Of a stretch of DNA of 64,000 bases, positions 11,824 to 25,480 are shown piece after piece. A program made the translations under genes and the position numbers. Numbering within the stretch: position 1 is the stretch's first letter; each line of letters starts with the position of its first letter. Location: positions 35,354,161-35,418,160 of the forward strand of contig NC_057718.1 of assembly GCF_004010195.1 (NCBI RefSeq), given 5' to 3'. This stretch comes from Chiloscyllium plagiosum (taxonomy: Eukaryota). The notes under the pieces are model-generated. The model was not told the origin of the DNA. It ran no database searches and was given only the letters and a program-made list of their open reading frames with translations.

Positions 11824-13677
11824 AAACAATCTCAATCTCTGTTTTCCACCCTTGGAGTGAAAATCAACTCATTTATATCAAAAGTTAGCTAACAAGAAAA
11901 TCTTAATTCCCTTTGACAACTGGAGTCAGAAAAGTAGTGAATGCAATTGGTCAGCTCCGTTAAATTCTGTAGAGTCCAAATGATTGAAGTTAACAATTTA
12001 TCTTGTTACAAATATTTAATATTTTAATTGTGGCATTTTTTTCTTAAGCTGCAGCAATACCATATTATTTTTATTCTATTGCTTTGGCAGACTCTTTCCA
12101 CATTTATAGTTGGCAGACTCTTTCCACATTGAACTCAGGAGTGACTATGTGACTATGCCAGTCTCTTGCGCAAGCTGTCTTTTTTGTTATTTTGTGGGAC
12201 CGTGAGAATTGCTGGCTGGCCAGCATTTTTTGCCCATCCCTAAATGTCCTTTTGAAGGTGTGGGTGAGCTGTCTTCTTGAACCACTGCAGTCCACAAGCT
12301 GTAGGTTGACCCACAATGCCCACAATGAGAAGGAATTCCAGGATTGGGCCCCTCATATAGCATGCAGCCATCTTCACAGATGATAAATCTGGTCAGAATA
12401 AAGCCACTATGCTGTCTGAATCTTGAAAAAGTAATTCAAATGAACTCGTAAAATCGGCCAACATGAAATATAAACAAGATACATTACAGGACTCAGATTT
12501 ACAGAAAAAATAAACAGCAAGTGAGTCAGGCCTGCTTCACTTACTTCCCTTTTGTCATTGTGAATTATGGAGCCCCTAGTGCCACTAGTTTGTTTATTTT
12601 TCAGTAAACCACTGAGCCCTGTCATGTTTCATTTGTCTTCCCAATGAATCCATCACTTCAAGATGTTCTCATTTAGCTGTACTGCAGAATGATGTTTTAT
12701 GTAATATTTAAAACTGTTGTCACCTCTATAGCTTACAATCTCTTCCAATAAGCTGCAGTTATAGCTCAAGCTGGTTTCACAGTGGTCCAGTAATGAAATA
12801 TCATAAGTATTGTGATGACCCTTGACCCCAAACAGTACAATAAGGGAAATTTATAATTACTTTTAAAGGTCCACAAAGTCCTTAATGTTTTTCCAATTGG
12901 TGAAAGGGATTTCGAAGAGTTTGTATCCATTTCAAAGGGATCCATTTTCTCGGATAATAAGAAATAGGGGACCGTGTGACTTGACAAACTTTAACAAACT
13001 TCTTCATCAAGGAGGGAGAAGTCACAAAAGGCTGGCAGTCACAAAGTACAGTCGCAGACAGTGAGAGAATTGCAAACAGAGGATGTTGAGTGTAAAGGGT
13101 TGAAATGATGCAGACGCAGTGGAGCTAAGGCACTATCCAATCAGCATTGCTTATGGAATGGCAGTGCAGGCCCGAAGGGTCAAATGGCTTCTACATGCTC
13201 ATAATACAAATCGTAGAGTCGTAGAGAAGTACATAATGGAAGCAGATCCAACTCATCCAGACCAAAAAGTTACCTTGGATTAATCTAACTCCATTTGCCA
13301 GCAATTCGCCCACATCCCTCTAAACCCTTCCTACTCTCTACCCATCCAGATGCCTTTTAAAAATTGCCCCTTCAGTCCTTTTTAAATCTTTCTGATCTCA
13401 CCTTAAACCTATGCCCTCTGGTTTTGGACTCCCCTACCTGGTAAAAAGATGATGAGTATTCACCCTATCGATGGCCCTCCATGATTTTATAAACCACTAT
13501 AAGATCACTCCTCAACATCCAATACTCAAAGGCAAATAGCTCCAACCTAGTCAGCCTCTTCCTGTAGCACAAACCCTCCATCCCTGGCAACATTCTTGTC
13601 AATCATTTCTGAACCCTTTCACGTTTAACAATTTCCTATAGCAGGGAGACCAGAACTGAACACAGTATTCCAAAGGT

Positions 13678-14748
13678 TGTGTGCCACAAGGATCAGTGCT
13701 GGGTCAACTTTCTTTTTGTCAGAGGAGGTATGAATAGTAAGTGTGCAGATGACACCAAAATTGGAAATGTAGTGGACAGTGAAGATAGTTACTTAAGAGT
13801 ACAATAGGATTTTGATCAGGTGGAGTCAAAAGTGTGGTGCTGGAAAAGCACAGCAGGTCAGGCAGCATCCGAGGAGCAGCAGAGTCAATGTTTTGGGCAT
13901 AAGTACTTCATCAGGATGAATGATCAGGTGGGCCAATGGGCTGAGGAAGATGGAGTTTAATTTAGACAAATGTGAGTTGCTGCATTTTGATAAGGCGAAT
14001 TAGAGCGAGCCTTATACATTTAATGGTAAGTTCCTGGGGAGTGTTGCTGAACAAGGAGGCCTGGGAATACAGGTTCATAGTTCCTTGAAAGTAGAGTCAC
14101 AGGTCGATAAGAGAGTGAAGAAAGTGTTTGGTATGCTTGCCTTTATTGGTCAGTGCATTGAGTATAGGAGTTGGGAGGTCATGTTGCAGGACATTGGTTA
14201 GGTCATTTTTGGAATACTGTGTGCAGTTTTGGTCTCCCTACTATAGGAAAGATGTTATGAAATTTGAAAGGGTTCAGAAAAGTTTTATAAGGATGTTGCC
14301 AGTGTTGGAGGGTTTAAACTATAGAGAGAGGCTGAATAGGCTGGGACTATTTTCCCTGAAGGCTGAGGGGTGACCTTATAGAAATTTATAAAATCATGAG
14401 GGGCATGGATAGGATAAATAGACAAGGACTTTTCCCCAGCATGGGGGAGTCCAAAGCTAGAGGGCATAGGTGTAAGGTGAGATTAGAAAGATTTAAAAGG
14501 GACCTAAGGGGCAACACTTTCATGCAGAGGGTGGTGCATGTATGGAATGAGCTACCGGAGGAAGTGGTATAGGCTGGTACAATTACAACATTTAAAAGCA
14601 TCTGGTTAGATATATAAATAGAAAGATTTTAGAGGGATATAATCCAAATGCTGGCAAATGGGACTAGATTTATCAAGGATACCTGGTCAGCTTTGATGAG
14701 GACCAGAGGGCTGTTTCCATGCTGTACATCTCTGTGACTCTATGACTC
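13678..14748 (+). mobile_element. 5'-truncated CR1 with an intact 3' tail (inner element)
   Basis: Starts at GVPQGSVLG codons, contains LEYCVQFWSPY and ends in (tgactcta)n. Confidence 0.9.
13824..13920 (-). mobile_element. PLE terminal-repeat mini-element with a degenerate HHR
   Basis: TSD tgatcaggtgg at 13813-13823 and 13921-13931. HHR remnant at 13887-13914. Confidence 0.8.
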
Positions 14749-16362
14749 TAAGTGGCCTAACCATGTCCTGTACAGCTGCAACATGACCTCCCAACTCCTA
14801 TACTCAAAGTACTGACCAATAAAGGAAAACATACCAAATGCCTTCTTCACTATCCTATCTCTCTGTGACTCCATTTTCAAGGAACTATGAACCTGCACTC
14901 CAAAGTTCAGCAACACTTCCCAGGACCTTACTATTAAGTGTATAAGTCTTGTCCTGATTTGACTGAACAAAATGTAGCACCTCACATTTATTTAAATTAA
15001 ACCCCATCTGTTATTCTTCGGCCCATCTGTTCAAGGCCCAGTTGTACCCTGACGTAACCTTCTTCGCATCTACTACTCCTCTAATCTTGGTGTTACCTGC
15101 AAACTCACTAACCATACCTCCTATATTCACATCCAAATCATTTATATAAATGACAAAAAAGCAGTGAACCCATCACCAATCCTTGCGGCATACCTCTGGT
15201 CACAGGCCTTAGTCCAAAAAGCAACCCTCCACCACCACCTTCTGTCTCCTATCTTTCTTATGAAATAAAGCAATTTGCTTTCAGGGAAAGGTTAGTATTT
15301 TTTTGCTCGGCAAAACAGGTTCTTGAAGTATGTAAGTTCCAAAGCAAGAATTATTGCTTGCTTGGTTGAAAAAGCTACATCATCAGGAACGCTGTGATCT
15401 GAGGCACAGTAGGTTTTGAGGATTGTGTCTAGCTGAGGACAATTGAACCCATGCAATACAAAGATTCATTTTTTGTCGGGTATGATACCCAACTTACCCT
15501 GTGTAAATAAAGAACAGCATCTTGTCAAAGTGTGCAGCTAAATAGCACACATTTCTGTGGGGAAAAATGTTTGAACAAAAAGTATCTTTGTCATACCAGC
15601 TATTTAAAGTGAAATCTAAGTTCATTTATAATGTCATTTGTCTGCTAATTCATATTTGTGTTGGTTACGATCTGGAATAATGTAAGAACCACAAAAAGTG
15701 GAATCTTGTTACTCATTTCTTCGTTTGAGGGTCAGCCATGAAGAGTGGTTATTGTGATTTACGATCTCCTCACAGGAACTGTAATCTACAGTGTGTCTGG
15801 AATCAATCCACATTACTGGAGTCACACTATAGTTGATATTGAGTGACCAATTCTGTATATCCATCCTACAGCATTACATACCCTCAAATACATCACCTAA
15901 AATTTCATTTCCTGGCTCATCAAAAAAGAAAGGTTTGCATTTATATATTTCCATTTATGGCTTCAAGTAAATACTTTATTACATGTTGCAGTCCAGAAAA
16001 TCAAAGCTATCAGCAAATTCTTATAAGCAGCAATGTGGTGATGACCTGATGGAGTTCGAGTTCCTCAGTGGTTGGAAAATTATTGGGTTCAATGTTCATA
16101 TAACAAAGTTGCCTGTAGAAGCATGGAAGCCCACTCCAAGATATGAAATACTGTTGGTGGAACACATGCCCAGAGGCATCGGGAACAAAGTACTGTCCCT
16201 GATGACCTCCTGTAAAGACGGCAGCCACTGACCTGGGCCTCCCCACCAGTGAGGTGTCGCAGGTTCAAATGGTACAATAGCAATTTCCTACTCAGGCTTT
16301 AAATTGTTCTCACCGTGTTTATAAAGCCTCCCAATCCACCCACCAAGCTCCATCCTTCCAGT

Positions 16363-17130
16363 AAGATGGCGGTGGAGTAGGGCTTCTGAGCTGGAGGCTC
16401 ATCTGTTCTGTCCAATTTTCATTTTGTCTCTTTTCTTTCTCTTTTCTCATTCCGATTTAAAAAAAAAATTATTTTGATTACCTGTTACCGAAGACCTTGG
16501 TCGTGGTGACATTAATGGAAGCGGTGAGTAGGCCCAGCAACACGGACTTGTGGCAGTGGCATCAGCCAGGTTCCAGGTAACTTCTGCATTATTGAATAGG
16601 TCCTAGCGTCAACTCACGGCTGCTGTGGTGAAGGCAGGTTTGGGTTCCCAACAGAGTCTGCGTCCAGCCATGAAGGCAGAGTTTGGGCCCAGTACAAGGC
16701 CTGGCTGCATCGGTGAGGTGGGCCCAAATGAACTCACAGCAGCTGTGGAGTCAGGTTTGGGCCTGTGTGGTAACCGGAGGCAGGCGCCTGCACTGTTGAG
16801 GTCCAGCAAGGACTCAGAGGGATATGGGTGCCGGTGGAGGTGAGATGGCACTGAAGAGTGAGCAACCTTTATTTCAGGGGCAGCGACGTGGCAAAGTGGA
16901 CTTGCGTCTGGCCACCAGGCCCACAGTCCATAATGCAGCACTTAACAAGATGAACTTAAAGTTGAACAATTTTTCTCTATTTCTTCATTTTTCTGCCTTT
17001 ATGTTCTACGTTTTTGTTTGTTTTTCCTGTGTTCTAACATGGCGCCGGAGAATGGTGACACTATACAACACAACACTTTTCATTCTGTTTTGTAACAAAA
17101 TACATGCAACAATAAATAAATCAAATCAAA
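16363..17130 (+). repeat. Unclassified interspersed repeat (same family as 2085-2662)
   Basis: Begins aagatggcggtggagtagg and ends acatgcaacaataaataaatcaaatcaaa. Confidence 0.5.
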
Positions 17131-17539
17131 ATACCGGTAAGCAGCACCAAGTACCATTAACTACAAACTTTTGTTTGTACAAGCAAAACAATTTACCGGT
17201 ATTGTACAATCTATTCGTTCTTATTCAAATATTAAAGGTGTATATTCGATGTGGAGCCATTTGTGACAGAAACGGGAAGCAATTGATTGGTCAGCAGCTG
17301 GTAACCCTAATACTTACAAATGTAAATTCTCATCAAACTCTGAATTTCTTACTTTTCTCATGAGCCACGCAGAGTGGTTGAGAGGCCACTGTATAACTGT
17401 AATGCCACTGGACAAATAACACATTCTTGTACAGAATTTAAAAGGCTTCAGTCAAATGAGGTCAATATCACTTTGAGGCAAAATTTGCAAAGTTAAGCAA
17501 ATTTAAGAATGACGGCATCTGAAAGACCCTACGTATTCA

Positions 17540-18383
17540 ACATGGAAGTGCTGTTACGTGAGATGAGAACAAGAGGGCAGATGGAAGCAATGGAGGAGGA
17601 GGTAATCGAAAAGGCAGAGGAGTGAATACCTGTTAAAAACAGGAAGGGAAAATCCTGCTAGGACCCCAAAGCCTCCCAGCAAAAGGGGAAAAGACAGCTG
17701 CACGAGGGAGGGATGGCCAGCTCTTCGGATGGTAAAGACGGGCACAAGGAAGGTCATGACCACCAGAAGAAGAGACAGAGCGCCATAGGTGAAGAGGAGG
17801 GCATTTCCTCCCAAACAGGAAACAACGGACCCCCCGAAGTCCACCCTCCACCCAATGAGAACCAGGGGGTACCCACTGCCCCACAACTACAGGTAACTGA
17901 GAGCTGTGATCCTCTGACTGTCCCACTGTCAGACACAGAACTGGATGGTGCAGACCCTTGCCTTGGCTCAATGACACCAGAGCGGATAAATTACCCCAGT
18001 GAGGAGCTGGATAAATGACCCTCAGCCCAGCGAGGGTCCAGCAGTTCGTGCTCACCATGGGGATGCAGACAGCTACCCCAGAGACAGGACAGTCAAATGG
18101 ACAATGGTAACCCCATAAACTGGAGGTTAAAGAAGGTTCCTTTGCTATCATATAACAGGGAGCCCACTCAGTAGGTGGGTTCCGCTGAAGCCACAGCCAA
18201 ATACTAAAAGACTGGATGGTTAATAAACGAAACTGTAAATACGATAACTGTAAATTTGATTAATTCGATCTGTTCTATGTAATGTTAAGACATGTAATGT
18301 GTATGTATATATGAACGACATGACCAATTGTACAGGTACCAAAGATTTATTTCTATGAATAAAGTATATTTTGAAATAAAAAA
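17540..18383 (+). mobile_element. Internally deleted non-LTR retroelement relic (Tx1/L1-like)
   Basis: Low-complexity ORF1-like coding stretch, then a 3' end tttctatgaataaagtatattttgaaataaaaaa (polyadenylation signal plus A tail). Confidence 0.45.
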
Positions 18384-19716
18384 GGAGATGAGAACAAGAG
18401 GCCCCATACCATGTTGTACAGGCTGACTGGAAAGAGTAACAGAGGTTGTCAGTGCAACAGTGTAGAGAGATGCTTAATGATCTCAGCAGGTGGCCAAGGT
18501 AAGTTGAAACCACAACATCCTTTTCTACTTAGACAGCTTCACTCATCTCCTTAACATGCTCTTTCTCTGTAAGCAAGTGTATTCACTTCTGTACTACCTT
18601 GCAAGAGCTTGGCTGCCACTAACAGAGAGCAGTAATTATTTGAGGAGCAAATCTAAAGGAATAGACTGGAATTTTACAATACGCCTCTATAACTATTAAG
18701 ACATAGCTCTTAAGCTACTGACAAGCTTTAAAGGGAATAGGTTTTGTATTAGTGAGGAAACTGCAGGTGGAATTATTTTGTGGCAGATTTGAGGTAGAAA
18801 CCTTTAACAGCACACTTTACTCCAATTACTTCCTTTAAATTGTGCCAAACCTGGTGGAAACTCAGACGAACATCAAAGATATGATATTTAATGCATCACA
18901 GGACCTGCATTCCTCCTAAACTTACCAGGAACTGAACTTTTATTTAGCACATTTTTATTCTGTGCCTCTTACATCTGTGGAATTCTGAATAGCATGAACT
19001 ATTCAAACATCGCTAAGATACTGAGGAACAAAAAACTTGAAACTCAAATGCTTTGAAACCAGTTTGTACATTGTTTGCACCATAACCTATTTACACATTT
19101 GCTTAATTTCCTTTATTGATTATTGTGGCAGTCATTTTAATCTGAAAACCTCAACAACAGAGTAACTAAGATATCGAAGTATGGAACGAACTTCATGAAG
19201 GCCCCAAGCATGACTTAATCAATCCTTTGAATTATTCATGTGATGTTATCTATTACCGGATGTTCAAGAAAAAACTTCAAATTCAGAGAGCTGCAGCTTT
19301 CCTTCAGGGTCAGATTCAACACAACAGTACGGTAATGTGTGTGCCTGCAGCCCTGTTAGTGGAAGGATTATCACAGCTAGCCTTATTCAAATAATTATGA
19401 TTGGCCTCCAGTGAAGTTCCTACTTGAATCTGTGAGTGACCTAAGCAGAGGAGGAAAGAGAAGGCCTATGTACAACAGGTACTGACAAAAATCGGGCAAT
19501 CATTTCCAAGGAATTGAAATTTATGCAGGAATTCTTAAAATTATTACCAGTTTCATGGAACTTTAGAATCAGTTACCTTTGGCTGAATTTCAGTCCCCTT
19601 TGAGCAACAAAAATGCAAATTTTCGCCCTGGTATCCAACCTTCCCATGGTGCAAATGCAACCAACTTGCCATTTTGAAACATTCAGGTCTTGTTAACAGC
19701 CTATCATAAACACACA

Positions 19717-19926
19717 CATGCACGCACACACACGCACACACACGCACACACATACACATGCACACTCACAGACACACATGCACACACACATGCATGCAAA
19801 CACACACACTCATACATGCACTCCCACACACACAGACACACACATGCACACACACACTCTCACACTCTCGCACACGCATGCACACTCTCTCATACACTCA
19901 CACATACACACTCTCACACTCACATA
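19717..19926. repeat. Imperfect (CA)n microsatellite
   Basis: About 210 bp of CA-rich dinucleotide repeat; it explains the His/Thr-rich spurious ORFs. Confidence 0.97.
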
Positions 19927-21092
19927 TATATTCAATGATACGAGGGACTTCCCAGATACTAGCTTAAAATGATCACTGTTCAACTCTCAGGTGAGGTGTT
20001 TTGACTTTCCTTTTGAGCTGTAAGGCTTTGGAAATTTTGGGAAGTCTGCAGATGGAGGAGTTACAAAAGTTCTTATAGTCAGAAGGGACTAGAATTGAAA
20101 AGTCTCCAGGCAGAAAACTTGCTGCCAGTCAAGGGGACTATAATGCATTAATACTTTGTCCACACCATGACAGGATTAATGGAGCAAAAGCAACAGAGAG
20201 AGAAGTTGGTCACAGAGAGAGGGGAAGAGGCAGATGTTATTTATACAAAAGAGAACCTGTATAGTTAATGAATCGTGGACTCATAAAGACATACATAATG
20301 ACAGTCCCGACTGGGGATGGGGTTTGTACACTTAGGAGTTATACATTTTTAATGTTCTACTTTGTGAATAAATCTAAAACTGCAAAGGTCGATTTTGGGT
20401 CTCATCTTTCACCAACTGGCTAGGTTAACAGATTGGTCTCAACAAAAGGCCAAACCCAACCAGCATCTAAAAGAGTCTCAAAATTCACTTAGCAACTATT
20501 AACACCTTGAAAACACAAGTTAATTTTGGTCTGAGAGAGTGTATCCAGAAGAAAATGGATCCTTTTTAAAAATAAACTTGTTGTGACCAGCCAAAGAGGT
20601 GGGCGGATAACCAGTTCAGCGCTTCACATCCAGAACTTAATGGTTTTAGTATCCCATCTGAAACCAGGACAAGTTGGTGAATTTCACCCGGGGACTGGCT
20701 GTAATGATGAGTAATTGTGAGTAATTCTACTTTCCATTCTATAATTCTCCTGTTTATAGAAAGTAGTCTAACAATTATCTGATGGTATGGCAGAGCAGCT
20801 TAGCCATACAGCATACTCAGACAGGGAGTTGTGGGCCCTTTGTGTAATCTATGTCAAAACGCGCGTATGAAGTGCCAGAGAAAGATTTGCCCCAGGTTTC
20901 AAAGCTCAGGCAATAGCTAGAATCACTGTGGTGCATCTGTGAGGCAGGTAGCTGTATGGATAGCATGTTTAAGGAGGGAGTCACACCGCAGTTGAGGTAA
21001 ATGCCAACAGATAAGGAAATGTGTGACCATTAGGCAGTCCAAGAGCACCCAGCAGATAATGCAGGAGTCCCCATAATGATGTTGCTTAATAA

Positions 21093-21713
21093 TATAGGAG
21101 TTGGAATGTTGAGGCTGTACAGGATGTTGATGAGTAATGGAGTATTGTGTCCAGCTCTGGCCACCCTGTTATAAAATGGATATCATGAAGCTGGAGATGG
21201 TTCAGAAAAGATTTACTAGGATGTTGCTGAGAATGGAAAGTTTGACTAACAAGGAGAGGCTGGCTAGGCTGGGACTCCTTTCACTGGAACGTAGGAGGTG
21301 GAGGAATGGCCTTATAGAGGTTTGCAAAATATCGAGAGGTACAGATAAGGAAAATGATAGGTGTCTTTTCTCTACGGTGCAATAAAATATCAAGGGGTAC
21401 AGGTTAGGTGAATGGTAGGTGTCTTATCTAGGCTGCAGGATTTCAAGAGTAGGGGGCATAGTTTAAGCAGGGAGGGGAAAGACATAAGGGGAAATTTTCT
21501 TTTACCTAGCAAGTGGTTGGTATGTGGAACAAACTTTTCCAGAGGAAATGTTGGATGGGGTTACAGTTACAATGTTTAAAAGATTTTTAGATAGGTACAT
21601 GAAAACAAAATATTTGGAGGGATATGGGCCAAGCACAGGCAGCTGGGGCTAGTTTAATTTGGGATTATGGTTGGACCAAAGGGTCTGTTTTCATGCTGCA
21701 TGACTCTGTGACT
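21093..21713 (+). mobile_element. CR1 3' fragment nested in ORF1 of the older CR1
   Basis: MEYCVQLWPP...LE.VQKRFTRML, ending in a (tgactctg)n tail. Confidence 0.85.
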
Positions 21714-23440
21714 CAGTTGGTTTGACATCTTGGATACTGGTGAGGGCGGAGCTTCCTCAGGAAAATGCACCAAAAGTCAAGTCGTAGCTGATCAGTTGTA
21801 CAGGAGAAAAGGAAGAAGAATGGATTGCCAGCTGTGATAGGGGATTCTTTGTTTAGGAGACAGACAGGCTTCTCTGAGGCTGTAAATGTGACTCCAAACG
21901 TTGCCTCGCTTATACCAGGGTCAAGGACATTGCAGAGCAGCTGCAGGAGAATCTGGGAGAATGGCTAGCCAGACGTCATGGTCCATGTTGGTACCAATGT
22001 TATAGAAAGGAAGGGAGATGTGGCCCTGGAGTCAGACTTTAAGGAGGTAGGTAGAAAATTAGCAAACAGGGCATTTAAAGTAGTAATCACCAGATCACTC
22101 CACCCCACAGACAACATGACCGAAATAGGAGGATAAGACAGATGAATGTGTGGCAGGCAACGTAATGCAGGAGGAAGAGCCTGCGATTGCTGGGATGCTG
22201 CAATTGGCTCAAGGGGAGGTGAGGTCACATATGGACAGGTTGCACCTGAACAGAGCCAGACACTAATCATCCTTGTGCAGTATTTTGTTCATACTGTCGG
22301 ACTCTATTCTGATGCAACCTGCCCACATGTGACCCAACTCCCCTTGAGCCAATTGCAACATCCCAGGAATCTCAGGCTCTCCCTCCTGCATTGCATTGCC
22401 TGCCACACATTCATCCGTCTTACCCTCCTACTTCACTCATCTTGTGCATGGTGTGGAGTGATCCGGTAATTACTATTTTCAATGCCTTGTTTGATAATTT
22501 TATCCCTACCTCCTTTAAGTCTGACTCCAGGCCATATCTCCCTTCCTTTCTATGTCATTGGTACCAACTAAAAACTTACCAGCAGGGGTGTGAGAACTGG
22601 GAGAGAAGATCAGAAAGAAATATCAGCATACATGGAAGTGGGAGGGGGGATTGGCACTACTTTAGAAAATGATAAGCAAGTAGAGGAACAAATCTGCAGG
22701 GAAAGAGGTGCAAACATTATAGAGCAATTATAATCAAGCATTTTATCTGAATCTAGAGTAAGACAGTGGTACTGTCAAGGACAGAGAAGGATAAGTATTT
22801 GTAGATTTTGTTCAAGAGAATTTTCTACAGCAGTATGTATCCAGTCCAACAAGAAGGCAGGCACTTCTAGACTTATTTCTTCGAAATGAGGTGATCTAAG
22901 TAAAGTAAATGTTAGTGGTGGAATATTTATTGGACTGTAATCAATGTATCATAAACCTTGGGCTGTGGAAAAGAGCAATGGCCAATCCAGAGTGAGAATA
23001 ATTAACAGGGGGAGATCTGACTTCAACACAGCAAGAACTGAGCTGGGCCAGATAGATTGAGCCAAATGCTGGCAAGAAATATGAAGGCAATGCTTGCGTG
23101 CATGCATACACTCAGAGGTCAAGCTCCAAACAATCATTGATGCACTCATGCATATAAAGGAGAAGAAACCTTAAGCTAAACATCCAGAAGATGGAGGTCC
23201 TCTTCTGTTCTGCTCCCATTGTGCATTACTTCCCATTGACCATCAAGTGAGCCATTGGACAACCTGCATCAATTTCCATACCACGGGAAGATTCTTTCAC
23301 AGAGCGCAGACATCAAAATGATAAAATGCACCTCCAATTTGCCAGTGCAGACTTTGGTCATCTGTGGAATAGAGTGTTTGATGACATTTACCTTAAACTT
23401 GACACCAAGCTCATAGACTACAAGATAGCAGTATTGAGCT

Positions 23441-24664
23441 GAAAAATGTGTTGCTGGAAAAGCGCAGCAGGTCAGGCAGCATCAAAGGAGCAGGAGAATC
23501 GACATTTTGGGCATAAGCCCTTCTTCAGGAATGAGGAGGGTGTGCCAAGCAGGCTAAGATAAAAGGTAGGGAGGAGGGACTTNNNNNNNNNNNNNNNNNN
23601 NNNNNNNNNNNNNNNNNNNNNNNNNNNNNNNNNNNNNNNNNNNNNNNNNNNNNNNNNNNNNNNNNNNNNNNNNNNNNNNNNNNNNNNNNNNNNNNNNNNN
23701 NNNNNNNNNNNNNNNNNNNNNNNNNNNNNNNNNNNNNNNNNNNNNNNNNNNNNNNNNNNNNNNNNNNNNNNNNNNNNNNNNNNNNNNNNNNNNNNNNNNN
23801 NNNNNNNNNNNNNNNNNNNNNNNNNNNNNNNNNNNNNNNNNNNNNNNNNNNNNNNNNNNNNNNNNNNNNNNNNNNNNNNNNNNNNNNNNNNNNNNNNNNN
23901 NNNNNNNNNNNNNNNNNNNNNNNNNNNNNNNNNNNNNNNNNNNNNNNNNNNNNNNNNNNNNNNNNNNNNNNNNNNNNNNNNNNNNNNNNNNNNNNNNNNN
24001 NNNNNNNNNNNNNNNNNNNNNNNNNNNNNNNNNNNNNNNNNNNNNNNNNNNNNNNNNNNNNNNNNNNNNNNNNNNNNNNNNNNNNNNNNNNNNNNNNNNN
24101 NNNNNNNNNNNNNNNNNNNNNNNNNNNNNNNNNNNNNNNNNNNNNNNNNNNNNNNNNNNNNNNNNNNNNNNNNNNNNNNNNNNNNNNNNNNNNNNNNNNN
24201 NNNNNNNNNNNNNNNNNNNNNNNNNNNNNNNNNNNNNNNNNNNCTCCGCCCTTGAACCCCGCCCCTCCAATCGCCACCAGGACAGAACCCCACTGGTCCT
24301 CACCTACCATCCCACCAACCTCCAGATACATCGTATCATCCTTCGTCATTTCCGCCACCTCCAACCAGACCCCACCACCAAGGATATATTTCCCTCCCCT
24401 CCCCTATCAGCATTCCGGAAAGAACACTCCCTCCGCGACTCCCTCGTCAGGTCCACACCCCCACCAAACCAACCTCCATTCCTGGCACCTTACCCTGCAA
24501 CTGCAATAAATGCAAAACTTGTGCCCACACCTCCCCCATCACTTCCCTCCAAGGCCCCAAGGGATCCAAGGGATTCCTGAAGAAGGGCTTATGCCCGAAA
24601 TGTCGATTCTCCTTCTCCTTTGATGCAGCCTGACCTGCTGCGCTTTTCCAGCAACACATTTTTA
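23441..24664. mobile_element. Penelope-like element with inverted terminal repeats, spanning an assembly gap
   Basis: 23441-23532 and 24573-24664 are near-perfect reverse complements, each with an HHR (23501-23528 minus; 24577-24604 plus). 24244-24565 encodes PLVLTYHPT...PC.CNKCKTC on the plus strand. Confidence 0.85.
23583..24243. other. Assembly gap (661 N)
   Basis: Run of N. Confidence 1.
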
Positions 24665-25267
24665 AATTATGGTTTGGCCATAGTCAAGATAATATTTCCT
24701 CAAAGGAGAAAATGGAGGACAAATAAATCTAGAGCTCTCTGGATGACAAAAGAGGTGGAAATTAACTGAAAGAAGACTAAGTGTTCTTATTATAGTTGTC
24801 AAGTTGAAAATGCAATTGAGAATCAAGCAGTGCAGAGGGGGTTGAAGGGAGGCAAATTAGAAACTAAGAGAACCTAAGAGGAAAAATGGAAAGAGATTGA
24901 CAGCTAACGTGGTGTAGTGATCATGTCCCTACCTTTGGGCCACAAGGTCTGCATTCAAATCCCAACCTATGTTGGAGGTTCTGAACAGGTTTCTTTTAAA
25001 GGAAGGAAATCCCAAAATCTTCTACAAACACAGACATAATAAAAAGGGTGATAAAATGAGAAGTCAGTCAACTGTGGACCAACAAGCAAATTTACAGTTG
25101 GAGTCAAGGGGCATGACTGAGGTATTAAATTAGTACTTTGCATATGCCATTATCAAAGAAACAAGTACTGTGTTCCTCAGACTATGGTGACAGAGAAGAA
25201 AGGTCAGTCACTAAAGGGGTTCACAATTAATAAGGAAGAGCTGTTGGATGGACCATCTGTTTCTGAA

Positions 25268-25480
25268 AGGCAAAGGTGAGGACTGCAGATGCTGGAAACC
25301 AGAGTTTAGATCAGAGTGGTGCTGGAAAAGCACAGCAGGTCAGGCAGCATCCAAGGAGCAGGAAAATCGACGTTTCAGTTCCTGATGAAGGGCTTTTGCC
25401 TGAAACGTCGATTTTCCTGCTCCTCAGATGCTGCCTGACCTGCTGTGCTTTTCCAGCACCACTTTGATCTAAACCCTAAT
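25268..25480. mobile_element. Palindromic HHR mini-element
   Basis: Inverted arms of about 75 bp (25304-25378 / 25400-25474), HHR at 25382-25409, and a perfect 13-bp TSD atctgtttctgaa (25255-25267 / 25481-25493). Confidence 0.88.

Larger units (their letters stand above)
13213..15255 (-). mobile_element. CR1 3' half (outer element), split by a nested plus-strand CR1
   Basis: Pieces 13213-13677 and 14749-15255 are collinear consecutive parts of one minus-strand CR1 (...cagtattccaaa | aagtggcctaacc...). Confidence 0.8.

Noticed and set aside
12083..12131. Short tandem duplication ttggcagactctttcc(c)acatt (also 8976-9004 and 46152-46200)
   Set aside because: Ordinary slippage duplications. There is no repeat-spacer array, so it is not CRISPR-like.
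12380..12521. Possible plus-strand exon ending at gtgagt
   Set aside because: Stop codons in all three frames.
19553..19972. His/Thr-rich ORFs
   Set aside because: They are translations of the (CA)n microsatellite.
23472..24364. Long ORFs of 249-279 aa
   Set aside because: Artefacts of the N gap.
25268..25480. MITE or miRNA precursor
   Set aside because: The arms are asymmetric, TSD length varies among copies, and the sequence equals the PLE terminal repeat adjoining GIY-YIG elsewhere.
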